Assembly: GCA_964016885.1 (NCBI GenBank)
Contig: OZ024740.1
Location: forward strand, 74,028,001 to 74,092,000
Source: Eledone cirrhosa
Lineage: Eukaryota
Reading direction: 5' to 3'
DNA: 64,000 nt
Shown: in pieces, positions 1 to 13,134 of the stretch
Layout of the letters: each line of letters begins with the position of its first letter
Numbering within the stretch: the first letter of the stretch is position 1
Notes under the pieces: model-generated
What the model was told of the DNA's origin: nothing
The model's input: only the letters and a program-made list of their open reading frames with translations
Databases searched by the model: none
Made by a program: the position numbers and the translations under genes

Positions 1-310
1 GACCGAGGTGTAGAGAGCGACTACATCAAGGCTGAAGGCATATCTGTTATTCCTTCTGGTGTCGGGATCCATTTGATGCAGGCGCTTCAACACCTCCTCG
101 GAGCTGTTAACGTGTCCCGGCAAGGTGTCTAAGATGGGTTTGAGTATTCTGGCTAGAAGCCAAGAAATTTTGTAGAGTGGTCCCTCCACGCTCGATACGA
201 TGGGCCTGATTTTCAGGTCGGGTCCCTGTTTGTGTGTTTTCACGAGGTGGTAGAAGGCGGGTAGTCTGCTGTTCCTCGTGAGGAGGTTGTATCTCAGCTT
301 CTTCGGGAGC
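1..310 (-). mobile_element. Penelope-like element RT fragment (runs off window start)
   Basis: Manual minus-strand translation RLPAFYHLVKTHKQGPDLKIRPIVSSVEGPLYKISWLLARILKP...AFSLDVVALYTSV, matching PLE RT motifs. Confidence 0.85.
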
Positions 311-497
311 TTTCTACACATCTCACACATCTTATACACACCACGCATCTCAACGTACACCCACTTACATCTCTCTCTCCACCACCGGACCTTGTTACCC
401 GGAGATTTACCCATTTGCTTTGTCGAGGCTTCCAAACGACTTAAAGATATTTACTTATTGTTCCACAATGCTTCAAGCAAACTTCAATACTCTCATA

Positions 498-544
<47 letters not shown>

Positions 545-545
<1 letters not shown>

Positions 546-3500
546 GAAAAATTTGAACAGAGACAGAACAGAGAGGCAGTACAATAAATGTTTATTAAAT
601 TCACGCTCAGGAGAGTGGGGGGTAGGTGGGGGGACGACGTTTCGGGCATAAGCCCTTCCTCAGGTGAGAAGTGTGTGGGAACAGAGTTCAAAAGGTGTGT
701 AGGGGAGTGGTGGAGAGACATATAGCGAAAGGAAACGGTGCGAATGAAAAATTAACAAATAAAGACAAAAAATATAAAAAATAAAAATAAAGCATGATCA
801 AAATACAAGGAATGAGAAAATTTAAAAATAAAGGCATGATCAAAATAAACTGAAATTAAAAGGGGGGTAAACAGGTGGTGGAAGGGTGTGGGGTGAGTAG
901 GGGTGGTGGCGGGTGGAGTGGGGAGAGGGAGACGGGTGTCCGAGCGGGGAGGGCTGAAGGTAGTGTGTGTGTGTAGGTGTGCGTGTGTGTGTGTGTGTGT
1001 ATGTGAAAGTGAGGGTTGGGGGAAGAACGGGGTTGCATGTTCAGGAAGAGGTGTGTGTGGGGGGTGTTTTTGTGGGTCGGAGTGTCTGTGCGTGTGTGTG
1101 GATAGGGGGGGTGGGGGAGAGGAATCAGGAGGCTGAGGGTGTAAATATGTGGTGGGAAGCACGTGTGTGTGGGGTTTAAGCGTGTTGTGGGTGTGGGTGG
1201 CGTGTGGAGAAAAAATTTTTTTTGGGGTGTGTGTGTGGGTGAGTTATATAGGTGATGGCGTAAGAGGATGGTTGAAAAGTTGGTAAGTTCCACGGATGTT
1301 TGGAGATTTGGTTAGAAGTCAATTTCGCGTGTGGGTAATCCAAGACGCGGTGGTCGGAAGAGGAGAGATGTGGGGTGCGCGCGCAACAGCAAGTGGTCAG
1401 CAGTGGGAGTGCTGTGGTCAGTTGGTGCTGGGAGGTGGTGGGAAGGGCATAGCAGCAGTCGGTGGAATGGTAGGGAGGCGAGGATGGGTAGGTGTGAGAG
1501 TTGGAGTGAGGAGGGTGTGTGTGTGTGTGTGTGTGTGTGTATTAGTAGGGGTGTTAGTGGGATGAGTGAGTGTGGAGCGCGGGGGGGGGAGCGGGGAGAG
1601 AAGGGTGTGTGTGGTTCTATGGAGGGAGTGTGGTGTACTGGTGTGTGTGTAGTTTGGTGAAGAGGTGTTAGTGGGTGTTAGTATACGGGAGGTGGGGAGG
1701 GGTGGAATGCAGGTGTGAGTGGGGGTTAGTGGTGGTAGGGTGTGTAGAGTTGGTGGTGTACGAGGGTGTGTGGGTACGTGTGCGTGGGGTTGGGGGGTGT
1801 TAGTGATGTTAGTTGCGTGTGGGGTGGGTGGTGTAAGTGGGTGCGTGTGTGCGTGTGATAAGGAGGGGGGAGGAGGAGAAGAGGGGAGGGAAGGGATGTT
1901 AGTATGTTAGTTGGGGAAGGGTGGTCAGATGAGGGGTGGAGTGGAGGTGTTAGTATTGTTAGTGTGGGGTGGGCGGTGAAAAGGAGGGGTGTGTTAGTGG
2001 GGGATAAGTGTGGGGGGAGGGGGGCGGTCGAACGCTAAAGGAATAAGGGTGGGGAGTTCAGGCCGGGGGGAGTGTGGGTCTGTAAGATGAAGATAGTGCG
2101 TTGTTCGACCGTAAGGCGATGGGCGGGTGTTCCGTGGCACTGGAGTAGGCCACAGACTGTGAGATGGCGTGCGGAGTGTCCAGGGCCACCAAAGTGGCGG
2201 GCGATGGGGGAACTGCCCCCGAGACGAATATCCCGGAGGTGCTCCGTGACTCGGTCCGCCAGGCGACGTCCCGTAGACTAGGTTGGAGGAGGTGCAGCGG
2301 AAGGCATGCCGGACCGAGAGAGAGTGGCCGTTGGGACCCTGGAAGGTGGTGGTTTTGTTGATGTGGGGACAGGTGTTGCAGCGGGGCCTAGAACAGGGGA
2401 AGGAACCGGGGGGGGGGACCAGAGCGTGGGTTGGGGGGTAGGGAGCTGTGGACGAGGAGGGTGCGGAGATTGCGTGCGCGTTTGAAGGAGGGGAGTGGTG
2501 GGGTTGGGAAGATGTGGGAGGTGGAGGGGTCGGACTGGAGGCGTCGGAAGAGGCGGCGGATGGTGCGGTGGAGGGGTAAGGTGGAGGGGTGGTAGGTGAT
2601 GGGGAAGAGGAGACGGTGGGTGGGTGTGCGGTGGTGGTGGAGCGGGGGATAGCACGGGTGCGGGTGAGAGCGGTGTAGACGAGAGAGGGGGGTAACCTCT
2701 GCGGATGAAATGGCTGACTAGGGAAAGGGCCTGGGACTCGAAGTCAGCATCACGGCTACAGAGGCGGCGGATCCTGAGAAGTTGGGAGTAGGGAATGGAG
2801 AGTTTAGTGTGGATGGGGTGGGAAGAGGTGAAGTCGAGGTAAGAGTGGGAGTCGGTGGGTTTGAAGAAGGCGGAGGTGACGAGGGAGTGGTGGGAGGGGT
2901 CGAAAGCGACGGAGATGTCTAAGAAGTGGACGTGGGTGGTGGAGATAGAGGTGGTGAAGTGGAGGGAGGGGTGGAAGGAGCAGAAGAAGGAGAGAAAGGA
3001 GTCGAGCTGTTCTCGGGTGAGGGTCGTGGCTCCGATACAGTCGTCAATGTAACGACCGTACAGTTCGGGCGTGGGGCCGGTGTACTAGGCAAAGATTTGG
3101 GCCTCAACATGGCCAACAAAAAGGTTGGCATAGTTTGGGCCCATTCTTGTGCCCATGGCTACCCCCGTGACCTGTTGGTAAAACTCACCCGAGAAGGAGA
3201 AACAATTTAGGGTGAGGACCAGCTCGGCGAGGCGAAGGAGGGTGGGGGTGGAGGGAATGGGGGAGGGGCGAATGTCGAGGTAGTGTTAGAGGGCGCGAAG
3301 GCCGTCGGCGTGGGGGATGACTGTATAGAGGGACTTGATGTCTAGGGTGAAGAGGAATGGCTGAGGGCCGGGTAGGTAGGTGAAGGAGTCGAAAAGGCGC
3401 AGGGCGTGGTTGGTGTCGGAGATGTGGGAGGGGAGGGTGGTGACAAAGGGGGCGAGGAGGGAGTCGAGAAAGGCGGAGATGAGTTCGGTGGGGCAGTTGC

Positions 3501-5160
3501 AAGCGGAGACGATGGGGCGGCCGGGGTTGTCGGGTTTGTGGAGTTTGGGGAGGAAGTAGATGGTGGGGGTGCGGGGGGTGCGGACGATGAGGTGGGAAGC
3601 GGTGGGGGGAGGAGGGAGGAGGCGATAAGGTCTTTGATGGTGGAGGAGACTTGTTGTTGGTAGAGGGGGGTGGGATCGGAGGGTAGAGGGCGGTAAAAGA
3701 GGGGGTTACAGAGCTGCCTGAGGGCTTCGGCCGTGTAGAGGTCCGCGCGCCATACCACCACGGCGCCTCCCTTGTCCGCCGGTTTGATGACGATGTCATC
3801 TCGGCTACGGAGGGAGCGGAGAGCGAGGAGTTCGCCCCGTGAGATATTGTGCCGTTTGGAACGGTGGCGGAAGTCGAAACGATTTACTGCGCTACGGCTG
3901 GCATCGACGAAGGCGTCCAGGGTGCTAAATTGCCCTGGGGCCGGCGTCCAAGAAGATGGTCGTCGGCCCAGGGCGAGAAACGGGTCTGGGGCGTCCGGAG
4001 CCGGTGGCGTTCGGCTGAAATGTGCCTGTAGCTTAGTGCGTCTCACGAATCTCTCGACTTCCGTTCGGGTTCGGAACTCGTCGCTGTGCGGAGTGTGGGG
4101 TATGAAGCGAAGGCCTCTACTAAGGAGTGAGCGCTCAGGTGCGGAGAGGGGGAGGTCAGGGGGTGTGGTGACAACAAGGGGTGGGGTTTGGGTGTTTGGG
4201 GAGGGAAGGGAGGGTGTGGTGAGGGGTGAGGTGGAGGGTGGAGATTGGGTAGGGGTGTGGGTCGGGGGAGAGGTGGAGAGTGGTGGGCGTATGGGGATGG
4301 GCGGGTGGTGGTGGATGGGGGGGGGGGGGGGGGGGTAGCTTGCGGGCTTTGGTGGAGCTGAGGAACGAGAAGAGGTTGTGTTTGAGGTTGTGGATGAAGG
4401 AGAGGATGGCTTGGGCGAGGAGGGGGTGGCAGGTAGAGTAAAGGCGGAGGAGGGTGGGGGTCAGTGGTGGTCAAGTAGGCGGAGGGTGGAACGGGAGGCG
4501 CGGATGGAGTTGCGCATCAGAAGGCGTGAGGATCGGGTGAGGATACGTTGCGTGGAGGGGGAAGCAGCGGGGGAGGGGTGGAAGTGTAGACGGAAGCCGA
4601 GGGGGATAAGGTGGAGGCGGAGGCAGTGGCTGAGGAAAGGGATGTGGCTGGAGTGCCGGGTTTTGGCGAAGAGAAGGTAGGAGAGTTGAAGGGCGGAGGG
4701 GAGATAGCAGGATGGAAGGAGGGGGGTGAGGAAAAGTTTGAGGCGATTGTGGAGTTGGTGGAGAAAGGATCTCAGGTTGGGCATGATGGGCGTTGGGTGA
4801 AAGCAGGGGGAGGGATGAGAGGGCAGGGGTGTGAAGCGGGGTGGAGTGAACGAAGGGGTGAGTGCGAAGGATAGGCAGAGATGGGGAAGGGAAAAAGAAA
4901 CAGAAAAACGTAGGGAGGGGGTGTAAACACCGGAAAATTAAAAACAAAAAATCATAAAGGTAATAACACAGGCGATCGTGAACAAAAAATCATAGAAATA
5001 CAATTGTAAGAACACAGGCAAAGAATCTTATACGGAAAAAAAGGTACGGTAACAAAATCAAACAGAGGTAATGCGTGGAAGGAAAGACAAAGTGTGGGAA
5101 GGTGTGTAAAGTTCGGAGAAAGGTCACGGCGGATTAGATCGGGGTTGAGCCGGTTGTTAA
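545..5160 (-). mobile_element. Near full-length Penelope-like retroelement (RT + GIY-YIG), frameshifted, C-rich
   Basis: ATG 4784 (FLSHCLRLHLIPLGFR), DIVIKPADKGGAVVVW, IYFLPKLHKPDNPGRPIVS, TLDIKSLYT, GVAMGTRMGPNYANLF, YGRYIDDCIG; frameshifts near the poly-C tract (~4320) and ~3600; long CA-rich 3' region ending in a hammerhead-like motif next to (TA)n. Confidence 0.9.
633..670 (-). ncRNA. Hammerhead ribozyme-like core in Penelope 3' terminal repeat
   Basis: CUGAGGA-a-GGGC(UUAU)GCCC-GAAA-CGUCG-UC; no local stem I partner seen. Confidence 0.6.
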
Positions 5161-5164
5161 GTTA

Positions 5165-7806
5165 TGTTCCACTTTACAGTGTGGGCTGGGTGCTTTTTGC
5201 CGTGGCGCCTCCACGACCACTTTGCAGTGGGATGGTGTGGGTGCATATTGTCTATATGCTTCAGCTTGTACCCATGGGAGGTCGGGTACTCTGTATTACT
5301 GCGTGACGCCAGAGGTCACGGTCGTGTGTCATCGCTTTTGAGAGGTGTAACAGGGTAAGGTCGGCCCCTATCACCTCATCCCAGGTCTTCTTGGGTCTCC
5401 CCACTCCGTGGCTTCCATTGACTTCTAGTGCTCTGCACCTTTTTATGCAGCTGTCATCCTTCATACGCATCACATGTCCATACCAACGCATCCGTCTCTC
5501 CTGCACACAGCATTTGATTCCTCTGATGCTCAGCCTCTCTCTCAATTCATTTATGCTTTGCCGTTCGCGTATATTACTATTACACATCCATCGGAGCATG
5601 CAGGCTTCGTTTCTTTCTAATCTACGTAAGTCTTCCACCTTCAGCGCCCAGGTCTCACTACCATGTAACATTGCTGTTCGGATACACGCATCATACAGTC
5701 TGCCTTTCATTTTGAGGGAGAAGCCTTTTGCAGCTAGCAGTGGCAGTAGTTCCCTGAACTTCTTCCATCCAGTTCTTACTCTAGTTATTGTACTTTCTGA
5801 ACACCCACCTCCGCTGCTAATTCGGTCACCTAGGTAGCAGAAGCTGTCTACTGTTTCTACAGTGCCCTCCCAGAGATTGGTGGTACTTGTTTCCTGTGGC
5901 TGTTTGCTGCTTGCTGTCCCAGCACAGCTGCTACATGTGAAGCCTACATTCTTAATTAAGCTTCCTGAGATCCCGCTACATCTCTTGTGTACCCATTGTT
6001 TGCATTTGGGGCAGAGAATGGAGTTCCTAACTACACCTTTCCTACATACTGAGCAAGGCCATTTCCCTGAGGGGATCTGGGTTCTGTTTTCTCGTCTACT
6101 TACAAGGACCTTAGTCTTTGTCATGTTGACTTTGAGACCCTTTCTTTCTAGTCCCTGCTTCCAAGTTTGGAATTTCTTCTCTAGTTCTACCATAGATTCA
6201 GCTATAAGTGCGAGGTCATCTGCATACAGGAGTTTCCATGGGCATCCGGTCTTAAACTCCTCCGTTATTGCCTTCAGGACTATGATGAACAGGAGAGGGC
6301 TAAGAACTGAGCCCTGGTGGACACCAACCTGTACGCTAAATTCCTCGCTATACTCATTGCTAATCCTAACTTTGCTGACTGCTCCCCTATACATGGCTTG
6401 TACAGCTTTCACAAGCCATTCATCTACTCCTAGTTTTCTAAGAGCCCACCAGATTATAGCACGTGGAACCCTGTCAAAGGCTTTCTCGAGATCGACAAAT
6501 GCCAGGTAGAGTGGCTTACTTTTAGCTAGGTACTTTTCCTGTAACTGCCTCACAAGGAAGAGGGCATCAGTGGTGCCTCTTCCTGGTACAAACCCAAAAT
6601 GCATCTCATCAAGTTTCACCCTGTCCCTAATCAACTGTGCTATAACTCTTTCTGTTACTTTCATGACCTGGTCTATCAGCTTTATACCTCTATAGTTTCC
6701 TCTATCTAGTGCATCACCTTTACCTTTGTATCAGTTGACAATGATGCTACTGCACCAATCTTTTGGTATGACACCTTCTAGTATTACCTGGTTAACAATA
6801 CGTGTGGTTATAGTGTGACCTACAGACCCAGATGCCTTCAGCATCTCAGCAGCTATACCCGATGGACCGGTTGCCTTCCCCATCTTCATATCTTTGATTG
6901 CCTTACTTACTACGCTGCTGCTGACTTGTACTGCTGGCCCCTCTATAGGGTCTACTTGGGGTAGGGTCTCTTCTTCCCATGCATCTCCTCATTTAGTAAT
7001 CTATCATAATGGCTCTTCCATGCATCTTTCTTCTCAGCACTTGTGAGGGCAAGCTCACCTTTATCATTCCGGATAAACTTCTCTCCAATGACATCACAAT
7101 TCTCTCTGACACACTGCCTCGCAATCTTGAACACCTCCTGTTTCTGGTCCTCACGTTGCAAAACATGCTTGAATTTTCTATCCTCCGCTTCCCTCCTAGC
7201 TAAGTGTACTTGTCGCCTAGCTTCCCTCTTGGCCTCTATGTAATGTACCCTGATCCCCCCCCCCCCGTTCTTCCATTCTTTCCATGCCTGTCTCTTGGCC
7301 TTAACTGCCTCATCTACCTTATTGTTCCACCACCAAGTCACTCTCCTCCTGCTTGTGGTCTTACTCCAGCCACAGATCTCATCCGTCACCTCTAGTAAGT
7401 TATTTTTTAAGAACTCCCACTGCTCTTCTACATTGAATGTCTCTATCTGTTCTTCTTTACTGTCGTAGGCATTGAGTAAAATATCTTTAAATTTCTTACT
7501 GGCCGAGGGGTCTTTCAGCTTCCAGATCTTTCTTCTCCAGGTTGGCCTCTGCTTCCAGGTTTGTCTAGTTCTGACCGTGAGGTCGCTGACAACTAAGCTA
7601 TGTTGGGAGGTACATTCCTCACTAAGGAAGGCTTTTGTGTTTACGACCGTCCATCTGTCACGTCCTCTGAAGAGGATAAAATCTATCTGACTAGAATGCT
7701 CCCCTGATTTATAGGTGATCAGGTGGTTGTCGGGTTTTTTGAAGTTTGTGTTACATATCGACATGTCATTGGCGTCGCAGAATTCTAGAAGTCTGAATCC
7801 TTCTTC

Positions 7807-7810
<4 letters not shown>
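5165..7810 (-). mobile_element. RTE-clade LINE (family A), 5'-truncated: end of APE endonuclease, RT, PHD-like finger
   Basis: ORFs 6952-7866 (SQIDFIL) and 5261-6664 (FVDLEKAFDRV, GVHQGSVLSPLLF, LYADD, CSVC..CPKC..HKRC..CSSC); 5' end abuts (TA)n. Confidence 0.95.
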
Positions 7811-7852
<42 letters not shown>

Positions 7853-7918
7853 TATTTGTTTTGCAAGGTTTTTGAAAAATGGCGTAGGCATTACAATACA
7901 ATGATAGGAAGCATAATC

Positions 7919-7963
7919 ATACCACTGATGATGTTACAGATGTGTGACGAAAGAACTTTGATA
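7919..7963 (+). ncRNA. Degenerate hammerhead-like motif
   Basis: CUGAUGA-u-GUUACA(GAUG)UGUGAC-GAAA; weak stems I and III. Confidence 0.45.
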
Positions 7964-8158
7964 GACTATATATATATATACATTTATATCTGTATTTTTA
8001 ACCGTTGGTCAATCAATGATAAACATCGATTGCTAGATAAATTGACTATGGAGATATAAAAGATACAGACACGAAAACCAACCCCAACCAAACAGTGAAT
8101 GTGTTCTATTATTATTTCTGGCAATATTATAACAATATGACCCTACCCAAATATAACA

Positions 8159-8212
<54 letters not shown>

Positions 8213-8489
8213 CCACGCACACACATACACACATACACACATATAATTATACACAGTTAAATTTTGTCTTGGATATACATAACATCTCAATGAAAAAATA
8301 TCTTCAAGACACCCTATTCAGAGAAGCAAACATATATATAGAACATATTATACATATCAATAATTTATCGATAAAATATTGTTCACTTGGGATATATAAA
8401 ATCTCAAGCACTTAAATTTAAGGAGATTGATCAAAATCCCTGACCGTAAAAATAGTCTATGAATTGGAAAATAAATAATCAGATGACTT

Positions 8490-10470
8490 CAATAGCTTGA
8501 TGTCGTCATCATTATCTGATCAAATTCTTCAACTATTTTTACAGTTTCTGAATCAGAGAATAATTTAAAGCAGTGATATAACTCCATGTTTTGCTCTGTG
8601 TATTTTTCTTGTAGCTGGTGGATAGTGAAAATCCTGTCAACTGTCCCATAAGAGGGGCAGAAATCACACTGTGATTCTGACACAGCACTTGGAATGAGGT
8701 GCTGAGCTGGCTAGCTGCAGGTGTGAGCCCCGCGAGTTGGAGTGGCTTTTCCAGCACGTCTCCCTTGCCGTCCTCCAGGGAAACACCTTCTCCATTCTGT
8801 CCGCCGGAGCTGTGGGTGGGCCCCATCGCGTACCGTTGTAGTTGTTGTATAAAGAAGAGTCATCTAATAAGACAATAATATTTATATTGTTTAATAATTA
8901 GATTTTGACATCAGAGGGCAAAACTGGTGAACATTAATCCCGATGATTGACTGATATTAACAATATCAATAAGATTGACGACAACCAAGCCATTAGACCT
9001 GTATTCACTAGTTGCACATATTTTTAGATAAACTTAATTTCACTCCTCCTATTATATGAAATTTAGATGCTGAAACTAGAAACAACATACTGAAGGAATA
9101 CACGAGAGTACCTTTCCAACAACAGATAGCAGATACATGTCATGAAAGTTACCACATAAACTTAGAAAGTGATATTAAAATAGCATCGACCCAGTCCTGT
9201 GGTATTTTCTCCACTCTTCAACAATGCAAAAGTTTGTGAGTGAAACATTTCGATCATCCTTTGTCCACCAAAGTTCAATATTTCTGAAGTGATACCATCG
9301 ATACCGGGAGGTTTATTGTTATTTAATTTCTTCCCAGCTGTGGTGATGTCATCTGCTGAAGGCTCAGAAGACATTTCTTCAATGACTTGAAGGTTGTCCA
9401 TTCTCTCAATTGTGTCCATATTCACATTTGATGAGCTGTTAAGTAGATCAAGTAGTGTTGCACCCAACGTTTCTGTATGGATATGACATACCTAAAGAGT
9501 TGTTCTCCATCAATGGATATCATTGGGAATATTGCTGTTGCTCTAGGACCAAATACCTCTTTATATTTGAAAAGAAGACTTTAGAGTCTTTGCAGTCTGC
9601 AGCTGCTTGTGCTTCTTTGGCTTTCAGGTGGCACCAATTTCCCTAAGACTGTTTTGAATTTTTGATTACATAGCCTTAAACTTACTGTTTTTGTTGGGAT
9701 TTTCAGTCTTTCCTAGAATGTTTGCACAACTCTTATTTTTCATGCAGAAGTCTGGACACTTCCAAGTCATTATCAGTGAACCAATCAGCCACCTTCTTGG
9801 ATTTGAAACCTAATGTGCTTGATGCAACTTCATAGACTTGAGACTTGAAACTTCCAAAGGTTATCTCCATCAAGAGTAATGCTCATAAATCCATTTCAAA
9901 AACCTTTCAACAGCATAGGAGATTTGAAGTTTGCAGTGTTTATTCTCTTTGGTATTTTAGACCTCACCTTTCTGATTTTTTGCTTGATTAAGAAATTGAA
10001 TTTTCCCCTAATCAGCCTATGGTCCATCGAACATTCTGCACCTTTCATCCATGTGCTTTTATATTTCTCTTTTTGCTTGAATAGAAAAAGGTATTTGAGA
10101 TGGCCAAAATATGAGAAGATACCCATGATGACTAGCTTCTCTGCCCTTGGAACTTTTTGCAACAGATTCTCAAGATTCTGATAAACATTTTTCAATGCTA
10201 TCAATGGAATGTGACATTGTAAGTGTGTAAACACTCATAATTGTCAGGAATCGATCTTTTAGCTGGAACCGGAAAGGTATCATGCGTTCAGATACACCGC
10301 TTGGAAATTCTTGGATACAGTCTAGGATTGAATTTTTAATTGCAAAACCAACACCTGAATTTTTCCTTTGCACTTCAGGCAAACCTTTTCAAAAGAAAGT
10401 GTAACCTAATGGCTTTTCAGTAAGTTCGCCATTCCAGGAAGTCGTGTCTTAGAAAAGGCAACAATGTCAA
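8490..10470 (-). mobile_element. Old decayed RTE/BovB-like LINE (EN to RT start), interrupted
   Basis: Fragments NSGVGFAIKN, MSVYTLT, SMDHRLI, KPPGIDGITSEIL, GTVDRIFTIHQLQEKY with stops and frameshifts. Confidence 0.8.
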
Positions 10471-11179
10471 GATCATATTTATATGATGATAACAATGCTA
10501 ATAATAACAGATAAATAATTCAGTTAAATGAATGAATAAGTCAAAATATAAATAAAAAGACACAACAACAAATAAATAAATAAATAAATAAAAGAGTTGT
10601 TGTGGTTGTTGTAGTGTTGATGATGATGAAGTTTGTATGTAGGGTAGATTGATGGGGGGGATGGTAGCGATGGTTAAAATTTGGAGCAAATAAACTCCAC
10701 TGAACCAATCACAGAGTCAGTGCCAACGAGAGATTCTGAGCCAATGAGGGAGTAGCTACGTAGTCATTTGTTCTGCTAGAAATAGCAACCAAATTTTCCT
10801 CTAATCATACTTTGCTGTCTTTAGAAAAAGGATACATTGGATAATGCCGTCATTGGCTTCAATGCTTTTGATTATGGGTCTGCTGAGTTAGAGTTCACTT
10901 GGGAATTAATAAAACACAGCAATGATAACATCATTCTTCTCATAATCATTGTTTTTCCATTTGTATTTCCATGTTGACATGTTTTGGACGATATGTTTTA
11001 AGAGTTTTCTTTGACTGCATGCCCTCCCTTGACCCAAGCTCTTAATTTTTTTTATTTTTCAAAATAAAATAAGGTACTTACTTGTGTGATCAAACCTGAA
11101 ACCAAATAGCTGCAAAGCAAACTACTTAACCACATTATTGTGTCTATGGAGTAAAACCCCCCACAAAAAACAAGGATCA

Positions 11180-11385
11180 TTAACCCTTTAGCATATTACT
11201 CTATATTTACTATTGTATTTTCATAACATAATTATCTCACATATTATCGAATCTGCGAGATTTTGATATTCATTTTGAGAACAATACCTTAACATTAGTA
11301 TGAGTAGCCAGTTACAGCTGGTTTGAATAGAAAGAGGGGAGAGAATTCTTGCTGAATATGGCCGGTTTAAATGTTAAAGGGTTAA
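11180..11385. mobile_element. piggyBac-type MITE
   Basis: TTAA-CCCTTTAGCAT...ATGTTAAAGGG-TTAA terminal inverted repeats with TTAA flanks; homologous partial copy ~43680-43881. Confidence 0.8.
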
Positions 11386-12134
11386 ACTTATAGAAAATTC
11401 TTGAATAACTACATAAGGAATAGACAATCTTTTAATTATAGACACTGTACGTAGTACAAGGATGAACTGAAGAGATTAACATACCCAGGTGATAGATAAA
11501 TAAGAATTAATCATTTATAATATAGTATTTATAGCCTCTTCTTATGAGATGCTAATTGCATGGTTGTGGTTCCTACAGACAAATTCGAATAGATTTGAAA
11601 GTCCTAGCAAAACAAGTGAAGATAGTTAATTTCCTAGAAGGTCATAGAATCATCAGCACCATCATGTCACCCCCACTATCATACACCAGTATAATTATCG
11701 TAATCATCATTATCATGAAATACATGAATTATAACAAAAAGAGAAGTTTCATGGTGGAAGGATAATCAAAATAGAGATATAGAGATGCACGAGAGCATCA
11801 TTAAATACATAGAAAATCATGAAGAGCACTAAATTGACAGAAGTGTATATAGTAAATATGTACATACATGTATAAAAACATATATATATATATATATATT
11901 TTTTTTTTTTTAAATAGAGGTGTAACACACGAGTTGTGATATATTAGTAAAAGGAAAAGAAAATGCTGACAAATTTTTCCCGGTGAAAAATAGTTTAATT
12001 AGGAATAAGTATAAATTAGTAATAAGTATTGGTTAGTATTCAGTTTTAGTTTATCGGTTGCGCATTTCTAATGCTTTTCAAAAATAATTTTGAGATAGAG
12101 CACTCGTGATTTTTGCTCTCAAGTTGGCATAAAC

Positions 12135-12750
12135 GAACTAAGGGAGAAATTAGGAATAAGAGGGATCAGATGTGTTTACTCGAGAGAAGGCTACGTTGGT
12201 ATGGTCACATGATGCACATGAAAGACGACAGCTGTATAAAAAAGTGCAGGGTGATAAAAATAGACGGTAGCCACGGAATAAGCAGACCCAGAAAAACCTG
12301 GGACGACTTGATAACTTCCGACCTCACACACTTACACCTCTCCAAGACAATGTCACTGGACCGAGATCTTTGGCGCTACACAGTAATACAGAAGACCCGC
12401 CTTGCCTAAGTACAAAGCGAAACCTAGTCAGTAGGCACCTCTAACAAAAATACACCCCCGTCCCACTACCCCCACCCCATCCACACCACCCCTTTCAAAG
12501 TAAAGTTATGTTGGTGTCAGGAGAAAAAAACACAGTCCACGCTGTAATGTGGCCGTGTAGGTAACACGGTAAAAACCTCCCAGTCCACACTGTAAACGTG
12601 GTTGGTGTTAGGAAGGGCATCCAGCCATAGAAAAACCGCCAGACAGTCCTATACGAGCAAGACAAACAATCTTGCCTCAAGTGGCAAAATTCCCATCCAA
12701 ACCCATGCTAGCGTGGAAGATAGACGTTAAACGATGATGATGATGATGAT
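12135..12750 (+). mobile_element. RTE family A 3' fragment with (GAT)n tail
   Basis: RLRWYGHMMH...RPRKTW, family 3' UTR and GAT tail. Confidence 0.9.
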
Positions 12751-12751
12751 C

Positions 12752-13030
12752 ACTTTATTTCACATTGCTCCACTTTACTCAACTGTAGAAATGAGATGAC
12801 TGGGGTCTATATCATTCCACTGCAAAGTGGTCGTGGAGCTGCAACGGCAAAAAAGCACCCAGCCCATACTGTAAAGTGGTCGTGGAGGTGCCACGGCAAA
12901 AAAGCACCCAGCACTCACTGTAAATGAGGTTGGTGTTAGGAAGGGCATCCAGCTGTAGAAATCAAGCCAGAATCAGTTCCCGTCCCACCCTTGCAAGCAG
13001 GGAAAAAGCGGACGTAAAATGAAATGAATG
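12752..13030 (+). mobile_element. 5'-truncated copy of tRNA-derived SINE
   Basis: Matches body and tail of the SINEs at 34432 and 57909. Confidence 0.8.
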
Positions 13031-13086
13031 AATATGTGCGTATATATTCATATATGCACACACCACACATATGTCTAGATATGTAC

Positions 13087-13117
<31 letters not shown>

Positions 13118-13134
13118 AGTATATATATATCACC

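Noticed and set aside
752-4950. Many Pro/His-rich and Gly/Val-rich ORFs
   Set aside because: Alternative-frame or antisense readings of the C-rich Penelope element and its low-complexity 3' region
8680-8860. GC-rich island inside the old LINE as a possible exon
   Set aside because: No convincing splice sites or recognisable protein motif; more likely a fragment of another repeat
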